From contig OU015567.1 of assembly GCA_907165135.1 (NCBI GenBank), positions 11,904,001-11,968,000 of the forward strand: a stretch of DNA of 64,000 bases, written 5' to 3'. Both the position numbers and the translations under genes were made by a program. Positions 1 through 13,527 of the stretch are shown here, piece by piece. Below the pieces are notes generated by a model. It did no database searches and had not been told where the DNA came from. It was given only the letters and a program-made list of their open reading frames with translations. The stretch is from Oikopleura dioica. Its lineage: Eukaryota > Animalia > Chordata. Numbering within the stretch: the stretch's first letter is position 1; the number at the start of each line of letters is the position of its first letter.

Positions 1-260
1 GAAAGCTGAGAAAATTCTCTACAAATCCCACCTAGTGTGCAATTTTATGTCAATACTGATTGTAATCAGGAAGCGATTCTTGGAAGTACTTAGCGCGCGC
101 TCAGTGGGAATCCCTCGCAAATAAGCCTTTTGAGCGCTGCGTGACACGCTGCGCGCGCTAAATTTGGTTCATTTACATGGTTATCAGTTTCTGTACGCCA
201 TATATGAGGACAAGAAAATTGCACACTAGGTGGGATTTGTAGAAAATTTTCTCAGCTTTC
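1..260. mobile_element. Foldback/MITE-like palindromic element, probably cut by the window start
   Basis: 1-46 (gaaagctgag...gtgcaatttt) is the reverse complement of 215-260 at 45/46 identity. An inner pair tagcgcgcgc (91-100) / gcgcgcgcta (151-160) is also inverted. The left boundary and any TSD lie outside the window. Confidence 0.75.
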
Positions 261-640
261 AGCCAGTAGTAATTTTGATTGGTAAAAATGAGAACTGTAG
301 GACAAGATAGCTTTTGAAACTAGTGAACTTCATTCAGTTCTAGCGACCAAACTTTAGGTCGTATAAAAATTCTGAGAATTGGAAATGAAAGCTGAGAGTC
401 TGAGGATATAATTTGCAGAAAAAAGATTGAAAAAATCTTGACAACTGATCATCAGGTGAGCGCCTGAATTCGCGCCTGAATCTACCTAACTGGGTCCCTT
501 AAACGGGGTTTCATTAGGCCGGCAGGCCTTAAACACCCTTAAAATTTAATTTGAAAAAAATTTTCTAAGATCACTTTTCCGATTACTAGTCGTCCGTGCT
601 TAAAAGTTCCTTTTTTTCGCTTAACTTTTTAGGAAAATCC

Positions 641-880
641 TTTTACTACTCGTCCACCCTTAAAAGTTCCGATTACTACTCGTCCACCCTTAAAAGTTCC
701 GATTACTACTCGTCCACCCTTAAAAGTTCCGATTACTACTCGTCCACCCTTAAAAGTTCCGATTACTACTTGTCCACCCTTAAAAGTTCCGATTACTACT
801 CATCCACCCTTAAAAGTTCCGATTACTCCTCGTCCACACTTAAAAGTTCCGATTACTCATCGTCCAAGCCCAAAAGTTCC
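641..880. repeat. 30-bp minisatellite, about 8 tandem copies (unit taaaagttccgattactactcgtccaccct), plus a degenerate copy at ~579-610
   Basis: Read directly: units start at 661, 691, 721, 751, 781, 811 and 841, with few substitutions that accumulate at the right end. Confidence 0.95.
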
Positions 881-1142
881 AAAAATTGTATAATGCCCAT
901 TTTTTATACAGAACCTAAATTTGTACTTTTATGCTGTAAATTTTTCGTTTTCGTTTCTTTTTTTTGGCTAGTTAGATGTTGACGCTTTAGAAGTTGGCTT
1001 TCGGACCGACTTTTCGGTCTTTCGTTTTTTTGCAGTGGAAGGAGGTATTATTGCTGAACTGAACTGAGCACGCAGGATGGGAGTCAAGGATGAGTACGTT
1101 TGTAGAAGTTGGGTATCGTTTTTTTTGTCTTTGAGTATTTGG

Positions 1143-4100
1143 CTATTTACACTCTCCAAGCCCGCTTGTTGGAGCTTCTATCAGGTTAAGGCGTAGATCT
1201 AACTCCCGTTTGTTCAGGTACACGTCCGAAATGCATCCATGGAAGCCTTCTATTGAGTCACCGAATTCGTTTTTCATTCCACCAATAAACGCAAAACCGT
1301 CCGCGGCGAAATCGACAGTAGTTAGTGCAAGGTCGGAGTCGGCATAAGAACCATTGTCGATGAGAAGATTGAGGGTTCGGAAACCGACGTCCTTTTCTTT
1401 TTTGTAGACGACCTAAATAACAGTAATAACAGAAACAATAAGATTCTGTCTCGAAGAAAAGTATTTGTAAATTTACGATATTTTCATCAATGAAAAACAT
1501 TAATCAATTTTAGAACAATCAGAACAGGGCTCCGAATCGCGGGGGCGCGCGCCGTGAGCGCCAGAGGTTGAACTCAAGCGCGAACGAGAATCTCGGGAGC
1601 AAGCGGCGCCCTCCCGAGCAAGTTGGGGAGCAAAATTTCAAAATGAAAGCGCCGGCGGGTCCGAGTTTGCGCCTATTTTCTCGGTTTATAATCGATCAGC
1701 TTGTGAAAATTGAATGAAAGAATCTTCCCCTGAAGAATATCTTTCAAAATTATGATGAATTATCTTCATTATGAATTTTGACATGAGCTATTTTCAAAAA
1801 TTCGTTTTTGCATATATACTTTATATACACTCTTCTTTCTATTGTCGTTTTAAGTTTTTCTCTATCGTTCTTAATTCAGTCGCTATCGACGAAAGAAAAG
1901 TTTAACTTCAAATGGATTCAGCACTTTCAATTTTGAAAATATGAAATTATATAAAATTGCTTCCACCGGAAAGCCCAAAAAATTCTGATCAAAAGTTATG
2001 TAATGAGGTGTTATGAAAATCATCAAAGTAGTAATAAGAATCTATAATCCATACTATGGAGTTTAAGTAGTCTAAGAGTAGTCTAAGACTATGGTCCATA
2101 GTTATTAGCGCATACTTTGCGGGAATCAAGCGCAAACAAGCCAAAATATTAACGCGAATGACCGCTGTGGAACCGATCCACTCCGGAAAAGCTCACCTTC
2201 CACTCGGCAGGTGATTGTTATCATAACCCCATTAGGTAACTTTAGTACAGAATTTTTTCTTCTTTTCGGTGAATCAAATTTCGTTGAGAACAAATAAAGT
2301 TTGCAGGAGTTTATGCCTTTTGAAGTTGAATTTCTCTTTTTTACTCTAACTCAAGAATTAATTGTGATAATGAAAATCTGAAAGTGGGAGGTGAAGGCTG
2401 AGAGAATGTAGATAAGTTTAACAGAAAAAATTTCGAAAAAGCTTTTCTGAAAAATCAATGACGACCGCGTGAAGAACGTGAAGACCGCGTTACTCGCGCG
2501 GGTACTCCTATACATCGGCGCGGCGCTGCTAGCTCGATCCGCGCTCCGCCAGAACCTAGGCGCGATCGAGCCCTTGGTTCGCGAACGAGAGGCTCGGGCG
2601 CGCCCGGAACTCGCCGTGAGCGCTGAAAAATGTTGCTCCCGAATTTTTTCGGGAGGGCGCACCTCGCGCCCAAGAGTTTTGTTCGCGCGCGCGGTTTGAC
2701 TTTGCCGCTCCCGGCGCACGCCCCCGCGATTTAGAGCCCTGAATCAGAATGCTTTATTTAGTTACCTCAATATCGGTCCATTCATCTCTGTCGATTCTAT
2801 AAAGTGACTCCAATTCAAGAAGAACATCGTTTCCGTCTTTTATGTCTTCGATCTCAAGTCGCACAACCAAGTAACCGGATCGGACATGGATTTTCAACGA
2901 GCTTGTTCCCAATTCATTGCTGCTGTAGTAAATTGTTTCCCTTTCTGTGTTCTCGGGAACTTTGATTTTCATCTGCACCCTAACTTCATCCTGAAAGAAG
3001 ACGATTATGCAGATTCTGAGAGGAGTGGCATATAGTTTTACGACTGAAATTATCTTACCATCATCATAAGTGGCTCAGTGACGAAATTGAAATACTTGGC
3101 TGCATTGTTAAACTTGACGGGCCCAACTTTACGGCTGAAAGGAATTGCTGGCTCATATGCAGGCGCGACCATTCTTCAAATTACTAATTAAAATCATTCT
3201 CAAAAATAGTCAATTACCTTCTCAAATCGGCGTCCTGCCACAGGGCCAACTGTTCATCGTTGAGTTTCAAGGACCGGAAGACGCCGTGGAAGCCGACCAG
3301 CTGCTGGAAATAGCCGGACAAATGAGAGAATGTTGAAGGATGGATTTGACCGATGACAAGACGACCCTCGATTCTGTTTTTTCGGCGATTGTAGGTTTTT
3401 GTTTGACTTTAATTGATAAATAAGTAAGGAAGCGTTATTCGTTGCGATGTGTGCTAAGATATGAAGATTTCTTTTCGAAACTTTCGAAACAATTAAGGGG
3501 GTAGAAACAGCTTTCTCGATTTTGGACTGCAGCTACATAAAAGAAAGTAAAAGATTTATTTATGTTCACGGAATTTCCTCATAAATGCTCCTAGAAAAAG
3601 GGTTGAGCTTCACAAAAATATGAATGAAATTTGTTTAACCATCAGAGGACTCGAGATAGACGTGTTTAAAAATTTGCGAAAATCAAGAATTTCGGAGAGA
3701 TAAGCTGCTTCTGAGCCCGCTTACTCAAAAATTTGATGACTAAAACGAATTTCGAGAAAGATGTTCCTAGATCTAAGATGTTTCTATCTAAACCCAAAGA
3801 GAAAATTTTAAAATGAAAGATTTTCTTGTCTGTACCGCCGGTCAAAAATCGCCTTTTTCGGAGAAAAGCTGTTTCTACCCCCTTAACTTCAAATTTCAAC
3901 AATTAGTTAAGCAGTTATGGTTTTATCGTTCCTGTGATAGCTTCTACATTTATCCTGGCACATTTTCATCTCCACTTTCCCAGGTTTGAATTCAAGCCGG
4001 ACTTTCGTATTGACGCCATCTTCAAGCGGAAATTGGTCCTCAAGAATTTGCTAAAATATCATTTTCGCTATTGTTTAAAATTTTGGCGCACTACCATTCC

Positions 4101-7100
4101 GGCGGTGTCGGTGCCGTGGAGACTCAGATCGAGCCGCAGACGACGCTCGTCGACAGAGAGGACAACAGTTTTGGCGATGTGCAGCAGACCGTAACTGGCC
4201 TTTCCCGGTGTGGATTCGAACTCAATCTCGATTGAGCTGATCCGCTTTGGCTCTTCCGAATCGAACATGAGAATGCTGAAGAGATTTTTATTCAAGAACG
4301 GAATATTAGCAAAACCTTGATCCGTTCATCTTGACTCCTTGCGATCGATGAGGTCCCTTTGAAGCTTCACAAAATCTAAGACCGTCCCATTCGACACAAG
4401 AATCGTCTTTTTCACACTCATTCAAACTATTTTGACATGGTGATCTTCCATCGCATTTCTCAGTTCCATAACTGTAAACCGATTTGACCGGGTAGTGAGC
4501 GTTTTCGTAAACTCCCGATTTTACCGCCGAGCCGCTTATCATCTGGAAGCAGCCGGTAAGACCCTTGTTGATTCCGAGCCTTGAGAGGATATCCAGCTCT
4601 TCGTCTTTTGGAATTCCACCAATGTAGATATTGGACAAGTCCAGTTCTCGCGAATCCTTCTTTCCGGCAGCGATGTATTCCTGAAGATTTCCCGTAAGCG
4701 AAAAATAATTTCTCATAAGCCTAGGCTTTATCTTGAACATGAGTACACAAAGCACTGACTTTCAAGTTTTTCTTTTCAGAATCAATTTAGTCAGCTTTTC
4801 AAGCTTATCCGAGCATTGCGTACTTTTATCGAAACATGAAACTTAAGATGCCAGATGTTTACTTTTAATTCTTGGCCTGTTTCCGATTTGAAATAAACAT
4901 TTCATTACAAACATGGCAATTTAATATCATCTCAAGACAACGTGTTAGTTTAGTACTACTTACGGGGCGGGGAACATGGTCCAAGATCAAAGTGATCCCA
5001 CCGCGGTTGAATTTGAGCTCGACAGTGTGCCACACATTATCGTTGACCGCTTTCTTGTACCGATAAGGTTCGTTTTCTGCGAATGAAAGTTCCAGTTTCG
5101 AATCTTTTATCTTCAACGCCAAGGTCTTATCCAGCGCGAACGGGTTGCCCGCCCAAAAAATGACACCATTAGGATCGCGCGTTCGGAACTTGAATTTGAT
5201 CTCGAACTCGTAAGTTGTATCACAGCGCTCGAAAGAGTATCGCTCAAAGGACTCTCCGCCAAACCACTGACCATGGAGAATGTTGAATTGGGTGATTGAA
5301 CTTCGACCTGAAAAAGAAGTTGAGAATTGAGTGAAGATTTATTCGAAGATACCGAGGTTTTCTTGAAGGTATGTGTTGATCTTTGATTCGAGGTAGGGTT
5401 TATCTGGTGAAATTTCAATGTGAACTGTGGCGGATTTTTCCTCGACTGAATCAATACTGGCAGATTTCTAAAGAGAAAGATTAACATTAAAAACTTTAGT
5501 TTAGCCAACCAATTTGATATCCCTGAGTTCGGCGGCGAAAACTTCACTCAGGTCTTTTTCAATTCTTGCTTTGTCATTCCAGTCCATCTTTTTGGCTAAA
5601 GTTAGAATCACATCGTATCCCATGCTGTCAAAATCGATGGAGCTATCCTGTGGCAGTTTCGCTTCCGATAATGAAATTGAATTATTTTCGCATTCTTCGT
5701 CGTCGCAGGTCAAAATTTGTGGATCTATGTATCCCCCGGAACCTTCTTCGTCTGCATTTTCCGTCGGCTCTGGCGCTGGTGGCAAAATTGGCGGCATAAT
5801 TATCTCCTCCATGATTTCCGATTCCTCCGATGACTCATCCTCACTGTCAATCTCTATCTGTGGATATCCGCTGAAAAGACATTGCTTGAAGTATTTGACA
5901 GCTTCCGGCTGGTTTTCTGGCTTTTTATTGCAATGTAGCCGGCGCATGCCACACAGACTTCCATAAATGCGATGATCGTCTCCGCAGACAGCTCCGGATT
6001 CGACTTCCGCCAAAGTGCAGCCTTGGCACTCGTCTGGTTGCACGTCGATTTTTATGTCGCATTTTTGTCCAATGAAGCCTGCTTTGCAAAAACACTGTCC
6101 ATTTTCATCACAAAGTGCGCCTCTACTTCCCTGCTGAGAGCAAGAACATTGAACACAGAGGCCATTTAATTGATAGTAGTTCAGCTCGCAAATATCACAG
6201 TGTCTTCCTTTGTAGCCTGGTTTACAAAGACAACCTTCTTCGTGATCACAAGGTCCTTCAGGATTGTAAGCGCCAGGATGGTTACAATTGCAGTTGCTCT
6301 TGGTAATGACCAGTTCTCGCTGATTTTTACAGTTTCCATCTCTGTAGTATTTACACAAGTTGTCAAAAACAACGCCTTCTGCAACGACTTGAGATCCGAA
6401 ATCCGGACAATGCCAGTTACAGCGGCAGTAAATTTGATTTGAGAATTCTTCATCATCGTCGAATCTGTCTGAAACATCGACTCCGCCAAATTTACACACT
6501 TCTCCGCCTCCAGAACCTTCTACCTCTACGCCGCAATGTTCCAGCGGTACTTCGTAGAGCTCCTGGTTGAAGTGACAGGCCTGGCTTCTGAGCTCGCAGC
6601 GCGAGTCGTAAAGAATTCCGTCTGAACCACAGACGGCAGAATCGCCAAATTGGTGCTCACATTCGGGGCAGCGGCACTCTACTCCATCAACGGTTCGCTC
6701 GACACCAGCAGTGTAGATTGGACAATTGCTCTCGTCATTATCGTCTGAATTTTTTAGATTAAGGTGTCATCGAAAATCAAAAACCACATCGCTTGAATTT
6801 TAGTTTATAAATTGCAAACAAAAACAGATGATAAAAAAAATTTAAAGCTCTCTGATATTCCTTCCCAAAATATCTAAAGAGGTCACAGGAAATTTGTTTA
6901 ATTGCATTTAAGACATCCTTGAAGCTTTTGAAAACGGCGCTAATTGCGCATGCAATTCCGAAACGCGACGCTTTTAAGCCGATCCAAGATGATTATTGTC
7001 TACTCTGTGCAAGTCCGTTGATTTCATGGTCAGTTGACTTTTGTCCCCGAGATCCGCACAAAATGTACTCGAAAATTAGAATTGGCATTTCAGCTGCCTT

Positions 7101-10100
7101 CCGGATGAAAATGTTAGAAAAGAAGACGGAATGATAAATTATGTAGCGAGGGGTAATTGAGCGGGGCGTACCTGGACAATGGCCATCCTTGGCAATGTGG
7201 ACGGGTTGCTGGATTTCGCATTCGAATTGTCTGAAAGAAAATTAATTTGATGAAAAAAAATCACGGTAAAAAACCGGAAAAATCTTACCTAAGAGCACAC
7301 TCGTTCTTGAACTCAATATGGTTATCACTGCAGACTGGTCTATCGATATTTTTGCAATTGAAATCGCACTTGCACCGTCCTCTCTCACAATATGCGCCAA
7401 AATAGCACTCATTCTTGCACGTTTCCTCTGTTTCTTCTCTTTCCGGGCATTTACCAGAACTGACGAATTCGACTCCCGAGCCAAACTCGCAGTTTGTCCG
7501 TTTCAGGACACAAAGAGATTGATAAGTGACCCCATCTGATCCGCAAACAGGATGGTTCTCCGCTGGGCAAAGCGGGCAATTGCACTTCCATTCCGTCCCG
7601 AATAATTTGCATTCCTTATCTTTACACTCTTCACAAGGCGGTTCATAGCAACTCCCGATTTTCAAGTCAATATCTACGCCCATCGTACACTTGGCAAGAC
7701 ACTCTGATCCAAAGACTCTTCTAAAACTTCCCTTTGTCGCGCAAACAGTAGACGAAAATATCGTCGGCTCATTTTCGCAATCCAGGCAACTGCCTTCGCA
7801 GTACCGCGAGTTTTTTGTCGGCGCGCCGTCCCAGTAAATTGGATTACATACTCGACAGATTCCTTCGTGCTCGACGGCCAACGAGTGGATGTTTTCCTGT
7901 AAGTCAGGGATGAGAGGAGATAGAGTCTTATCGAGTTTGTTATGGAGTGTTAGACTAAACAAAGACCTCAAAATTGAGTTTATTTTTCAAAATTTCGGTC
8001 TATCAAAAACTCGTTTTCTCATCCCGCTCCTTGCATTTTCTTCTATTCAGATCACACTCTGATCTGTACGTATTGCCGTCATTACCACAGACATCAGCAG
8101 GTATATTGTCATCGCAGGCCGGGCACCTGCAAATGCCAACATTACAGATCGATCCGTTGTGACACTCATCGTCTTGGCGACATTCAATTTCTGACATTTG
8201 GACATCGCGACAAAGGCCGTGGTACTGGATGGAGATGAATTTCTGATCGCGACATTGTGCCGCGTTCAATTCGCATTCGTTCAAATATGTGACTCCATCG
8301 GAGCCACAGACAGCTGCTACTTCTTCTCTCTCACAGCGCATGTCCACGCATTGACATAGTCCAGATGTCGGGTCACAAACAGCTCCAAATGAGCACGAAG
8401 TTCTAGCACATTTATCTTCCACGAGCTCACCTAATGAACACTTGAGTATAATTCTTTACATAAGTTATACCATTAAAATGCCAAGATTCATTTTCTTGAC
8501 CAATAAAAAGCTCGGTTCAAAAATCTTTAATTTCTTATTGGTCCAGAAAAAGATAGGGCTTAAAATACATATTTCACAAAAATACATGCTCAAAAAGTTG
8601 AATGTGCTGAAGCATGCTGACATTTACTAAATGCTTTAACAACCGGCTCATAACCAGTAATTATTTCATTTCTCTTCTCATAAATGCAAAAGTTGGTGCA
8701 CGAAGCAGTGCATTTACTGCTAAAAACAAAGCAATTTAGCCCTCAGCCATCTTATTAATTACAAAAAAGATAAGATTGATCAACTTTGAAAATCGCAAAA
8801 ATTCACCGGATCAAGGGTGCTTTTTTCAGGAATTTTTAATTTCGCGCAAAAATTGTTTTGTTGTGGCGGGGCTTGGCGGTTTGGGCTTTCCAAGGGCAGT
8901 GAATCTTTTTATGTGGCTCCCGGAACCGCCATGGGACTGTTTATAATAAAAGTTTGTTTTCGCTTTGTTTGTTATCAGTTTTGGCCTCATACGGTACCTT
9001 TGGATAGAGCTTCTACTTTCTCCAAATTTCCATGCGAAATCGAAAGCGGACTACTCGCGAGCGTCAAAATCGTGCCTTCCCGATCTGTCTTGGCAAAGAT
9101 GATTTTCGTCTCTCCCTGCCGAATCTTGGACTTGCATATTGCTTTATCACCAAAGCCGTAAATCGGCAGCGTGATGTCTTCGCCGTATTCTGTCAGCGTC
9201 TGAAGATGAAAAGTTAATTTTTATTTTACGCGCAAATTGAGCTTTAAAAATAATATGAAAGACAAGAATCATATTCCGAATTCAGAATTGTTATTGGCTT
9301 CTTTTTTTCTGACACTTGTCATTTTAATTGCATTCCAGTTAAATTTATTCAGAACTATGAAAACGAAAATGACGAGAAATTAGTCAAATTAATATTCGTT
9401 TTGAAAATGAAACTCTTTATAAGATTCTCATAAAGGATTCTTAAATTTCTACAAATTGCCTTTCTTATATCTTCATTCAAATAGCCATAAAGATCTGGAT
9501 CCGCATAGACTCGCTGGCAATCCTAGAAAACGGGGGAGTACTCAAACGTATCAATAAAACATCGGACTTCCGGAGTCACTAATGCCCATAAGTAGCGATG
9601 AAAAGAGCGCTCATTTTTTTGGACTGGCCTAGATCCAAGAAACTGAAAAAAAGCTGACAGGTGAGAGTGAAAAAATTGCGCTTTTGTAACTACTAATGAT
9701 CGCCAAGCGTAATTACTCTTGCTTGGACTCGAGTTTTTATCCGTGAGATTGACAAAACTGAAAATTTATTGCATTTGGTCGTAATGCTCAATTTACGTAA
9801 TGGCGAGTAAATCAAAAATTTGATTATGGACGGATGAAAGAGCAAGTTCAATTTTGTGGGCGTCGGTATTTAATTAACCCAACTCGGATTAGCGCTCAAA
9901 TGAATTCAATTCAAATTGAAAGGAATTAATTATCCTCAATGTGGGTATACAATGCCGCATATCTTCAGAAGAAGGTTCTCCCGAGCGAAAAATTTGTAAA
10001 AGATTTTGTAATAACTGGAAACCCCCAAATCACTAACTGTTGTTTTTTGTTAACTTCCGTTTTCATTAATTCCTCGAAAGAGCGAAAACAACCGCTCCCT

Positions 10101-10666
10101 GGTTTTCCGGCCCCGCATCAGAGAGATTATTTTGGCCCGGTGGACTTGTAAAAAATAAATTTCTCGATGGGATAAGCTTTTTGATATGGTCGGGCGGATC
10201 AAAGTCCCCGTCTGTGATTCCTTTCGCACCAAGCTTGACCGCGGAGGATGGTCTCGATAAGCCCACTTGCATTTTTCCCAACTTCCGGGTTTATTTCCGA
10301 CAAGGGTTCAAAAACATCGCTGGAAAAAGCAACATAGATGACAACGAAACAAAATTTGTGTTTTGTTGAATCATCTTATAAGTAAAAATCATGTGATTAA
10401 AGCTTTAAATGCCTTAGAAAATAATTTATTTCCGATTCAAAGTCTATGAATCAATTTGACAAGATGATAAAAGTATCTTTTTCTTTGAAAAAATTGCAAC
10501 TTCCGCCCCCTACTTCCGCCGGAGTTACGGGACCAGGCCAGGGGAAGTGAAGAGCAGTAGTTTTAGGCTTACCGTTGATTTGCCGTGAACTTTTTCGAGG
10601 TGGTGGGAGCCTTTCATGATGCGCCAGACTTTCGCTTGCAGACAAATTCCAGTTTGGGACTCGTAT
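1143..10666 (-). CDS. AGRN: Agrin (NtA, Kazal/follistatin repeats, 2 laminin-EGF, Kazal, acidic/SEA-like segment, LamG domains, EGF); multi-exon
   Basis: NtA exons 10666-10573 (AKVWRIMKG) and 9199-8998 (IYGFGDKAICKSKIRQGETKIIF...SSPLSISHGNLEKVE) resemble vertebrate NtA. Kazal motifs VCGSDGVTYxNEC at 8430-6500; laminin-EGF pair in ORF 5501-6499; LamG exons 5310-1143. Last exon 1412-1143 (FIGG...GFHGCISDVYLN...GLGECK*), stop TAG at 1145-1143. Confidence 0.92.
1525..2741. mobile_element. Non-autonomous hAT-type DNA transposon (1217 bp) in the last agrin intron
   Basis: TIRs begin CAGGG: cagggctccgaatcgcggggg versus the reverse complement of 2721-2741 (19/21, about 33/38 extended). Perfect 8-bp TSD AATCAGAA at 1517-1524 and 2742-2749. 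No transposase ORF inside. Confidence 0.92.
3497..3882. mobile_element. MITE (386 bp) with GGGGGTAGAAACAGCTTT TIRs flanked by TTAA, in an agrin intron; Kolobok-like (purine termini plus TTAA) or TA-targeting
   Basis: TTAA 3493-3496 + gggggtagaaacagctttctc; gagaaaagctgtttctaccccc 3861-3882 + TTAA 3883-3886. TIRs match exactly for 18 nt. Confidence 0.85.
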
Positions 10667-11518
10667 CTTCCAGGAGATATTCAAAAAGTTTTAAAGAGGG
10701 AGTAAAATGAGGACGGGCGATTGATACCGTCCATATGCAGTCTCATCTGCCTGGCCTAGAAATTGATTTTGCGAAAAAAAATCATATTTAGGACAAATTA
10801 ACGAAAAACTCTTTTATGAGAAAATTTGTATCTCCTTTCCTTTCGCATGTCGCACTGAGAATGACCTCTGCCTCAGAAGATCTACAGTTTCCGGTTGAAA
10901 GTCAAAGTCGAAGTTTCCGGTCATTAAGAATTAACTGATAATTATGCGACGCAGTTTCGAATAAGTGAGATCAAGTGAGAGCGATTACGTTAAATTTGAG
11001 TTTCTTTCAGAAGGGGAAATTGCTCTTTTGAGACCTTTTTTTTCAGAATTTCAACCGTTCCTGGATTCGACTGGATCTGGTTTGCAGCGCGGCCGAAATG
11101 CATTTAGGGCTTATTTGAGTGAATAAATTTTTCCCAAGAAATTTTTAATGATCATTTTTGAAGGAAAAACTTCAAAATTCCTGCTAAAAACGCCAAGTTC
11201 TTTGTTGAAGTGCTTTGAACTGAGAATCAGAGAGCTTCCGTAGGATTAATTTCTCATTTTTTCCCTGGCCAAGTGCAGTTTATAAAAACAAAACTAAGGA
11301 TTACTCGTTGATGCCTTTCGAAGGTTCTCTCGCGCCTCGGGCAAGTCCACAGCTAATCTCCCCAATCAAAACAGTTTTGACAGGCAAGTGCACTCAGCGC
11401 AAGTGTAACAGAAACTTTTTCAAACTCTTGAGAGCCGGCTTGACTGTTTCGAATACTTTCAATGTCAAGGGTCAATTAGAGGACTTAGCCAAAAAATAGT
11501 GTGGCGGTAAAATCCTAC

Positions 11519-12766
11519 CTAGCTCCGGTATACAGCTCTTCTATCAAATATCTTTGGCGGTTACTTTTCCGGAGAGTCTCGAAGACTATTATCCCAGGTT
11601 GATCTTGAGAAAATGAGAATCCCGGGGTTTTCAAATGAAAGAAAAATTATGTATGGCACAGGATTTGATCTCGTGACCTCTCTGTTCAATGATTTTTAAT
11701 GATATAAGTTTCAGTTTGTTCTAAAGTTTATCTTATTCAAAACTAACCGATTTACGAGATAATTGACTCTCCGGAAGCGTGTTTTTTATATAAACGTTTT
11801 TTGAATGGGTCATTTTTTTGGTTCAATATTTGGCCGCAGCAAAGGCCAAGTCCTCCAGTTTTCATTGTAAATTGGCGGACAAGCGGAAGGGTGTTATTTG
11901 TTCTGCACTCGGTGAGGGTTTAGGAGCTCACTTAGCCTCTTACACTCTTCATCTTGTGTGCTTTTTGCTTTGGCTTTGATCGACGGGCTCTTCAGAATTT
12001 GGATTAGAAATTTTGCTTTTCAAAAAATTGCATGGTACACAAAAATGGTAAGAAAATATCTCATATATCGGTTAGTTTTGAAAAGGAAAGGTACTATCGA
12101 AGGTTTGCTTTATTTTGAAATAGAAAGATGATATTTCAAGCGCGAAGGTCGGCTTATTGATAAATCGCAAAAGTTTGTAAATGGGATATTTAGGGTTCAA
12201 GGTTCAAAATCTCGCACTTTCTGTTTGTTGACCAAATTTTACGCTGGCATCAATTACAAAAAAGTGGATGTTCAAGAATCAAGTGATAAAGCGAGCTCTC
12301 AGATGGTAGCGATTTCAATGTCGTAAAACACGATTTTTGATATCATAAAACTTGAGTCTGACATTGACACGCCAAATCCGACTGACTTCCTCCATTTTTC
12401 ATAAAGCTTTTTTGTTTCTACGCTGAGGTCACGTGTAAAGAAAGAAGGTTTATGAAAAAGTCATCGTTTTTTTCCGAATTTATCAATAAATCATAATATT
12501 GCTGATTAATCATTCACGGAATTTTTGCCAAAGATTGATTAACCGTCAGTTTTTCCCTCCTCGTGGTAGAATTCTAGTCAGATATAAATCACAAAAACAT
12601 AAAAAAAGCATGATTATTCACCAGAAAGACCCTTTTTCTCTCTAATCATTTGTATTACGGAAAAACAATTCATGAAATTGACTATTTTGAAGCCACTATG
12701 AGTTGTTTCTTCGTACTTTTATTCACCCGTCCCTTGAAAACACAAAGCCAACACCGAGATCTTCAT
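11519..12766 (-). CDS. Tentative 5' exons of agrin (12766-12727 MKISVLALCFQGT signal-like; 11603-11519)
   Basis: Both have GT/AG boundaries and their phases (1, then 2) join in frame to the NtA exon at 10666. Similarity of the middle exon to known NtA is weak. Confidence 0.35.
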
Positions 12767-12954
12767 CCTCTTATTTGACTTGCTTCTTGTCGTTTCGAAT
12801 CTCTTATCTTTCCGAAATTTTATAACCAGCACATAATTTTTCGCCTCTTTTATGCCTTCAAAAATTGTTAAATTTAACAAAAATACAAAAGATCTTTTAG
12901 TTGTATTATACAACTTGTATACAGAGTTTAAAACTTTAGTTGACGGGTATTTGG

Positions 12955-13030
12955 CGGTGACCTGGTGCGCGCGCGGCGCTCCAACTCATGAGCGCCATCT
13001 CCTGGTGATAGGAGCGTGCGCGCACGCGCA
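12955..13030. promoter_or_regulatory. GC-rich island between divergent agrin and EFHC1, candidate bidirectional promoter element
   Basis: gcgcgcgcggcgc...gcgtgcgcgcacgcgc in otherwise AT-rich DNA. Similar CG-rich patches lie upstream of other gene starts (~18810, ~25495, ~58640-58700). Confidence 0.35.
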
Positions 13031-13438
13031 AAGGCTTTTATTCTTGAGTTATGAAGCTTTTACACTTGATTTTCTTAACCACGGTCATATCATAATTAAA
13101 TGAAATTTTTGGTACTAAATTTTCCTATTCTTATCAATGTTATCTACCTATATTTCTGCCACCTAGGGCAATCTAGGGACTAAGAACCCTAACGGAGCTT
13201 ATCTCATACCCTTGAATTATGGGCAATTGGCCGTTTCCTTATCACCTGTTTAGGTTTAGCGCATCGTCGGACAAAGTGTCCGGCTTCTTTACACAAAACA
13301 AACGCCGGAAAAATGTTATCACTTTTGCCTCCCACCGAGCCAGATTCAAGTACAGGTTGAATTACCATCATGTTGCGAGATTTTTAATTGGGAACAGAGC
13401 CTTTTTCACTTTTACTTATTTCCACTTGTCGAATATGT

Positions 13439-13452
13439 ATCGCCATAGAAAC
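13439..13452 (+). promoter_or_regulatory. RFX X-box upstream of the ciliary gene EFHC1
   Basis: ATCGCC-AT-AGAAAC fits RTHNYY-WT-RRNRAC at every position and ends about 76 bp before the ATG at 13528. Confidence 0.6.
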
Positions 13453-13527
13453 CGTGTCTGCTTTCTCCCCAAACATTCAGAACGCTTGGGATTTTCTTAT
13501 TTTTTCCCTATTTTTTTCGGAGGAAAA

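Noticed and set aside
596-982. ORF with YYSSTLKSSD repeats, and the array as a possible CRISPR
   Set aside because: It is the translation of a 30-bp minisatellite with a non-ATG start. Units are contiguous with no unique spacers, there are no cas genes, and the context is eukaryotic.
968-1159. 63-aa ORF overlapping the agrin stop
   Set aside because: TTG start in an alternative frame; most simply agrin 3' UTR.
2351-2719. Overlapping Arg/Ala-rich ORFs as a transposase
   Set aside because: They lie in the GC-rich subterminal arm of the hAT element and show no DDE, BED or dimerisation motifs.
8431-8997. Alternative transmembrane (SN-type) agrin first exon between NtA and the first Kazal exon
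   Set aside because: No ATG-initiated hydrophobic exon with a suitable donor was found.
9939-10369. ORFs on both strands in an agrin intron as a nested gene
   Set aside because: No recognisable motif and no consistent exon chain; left uncalled.
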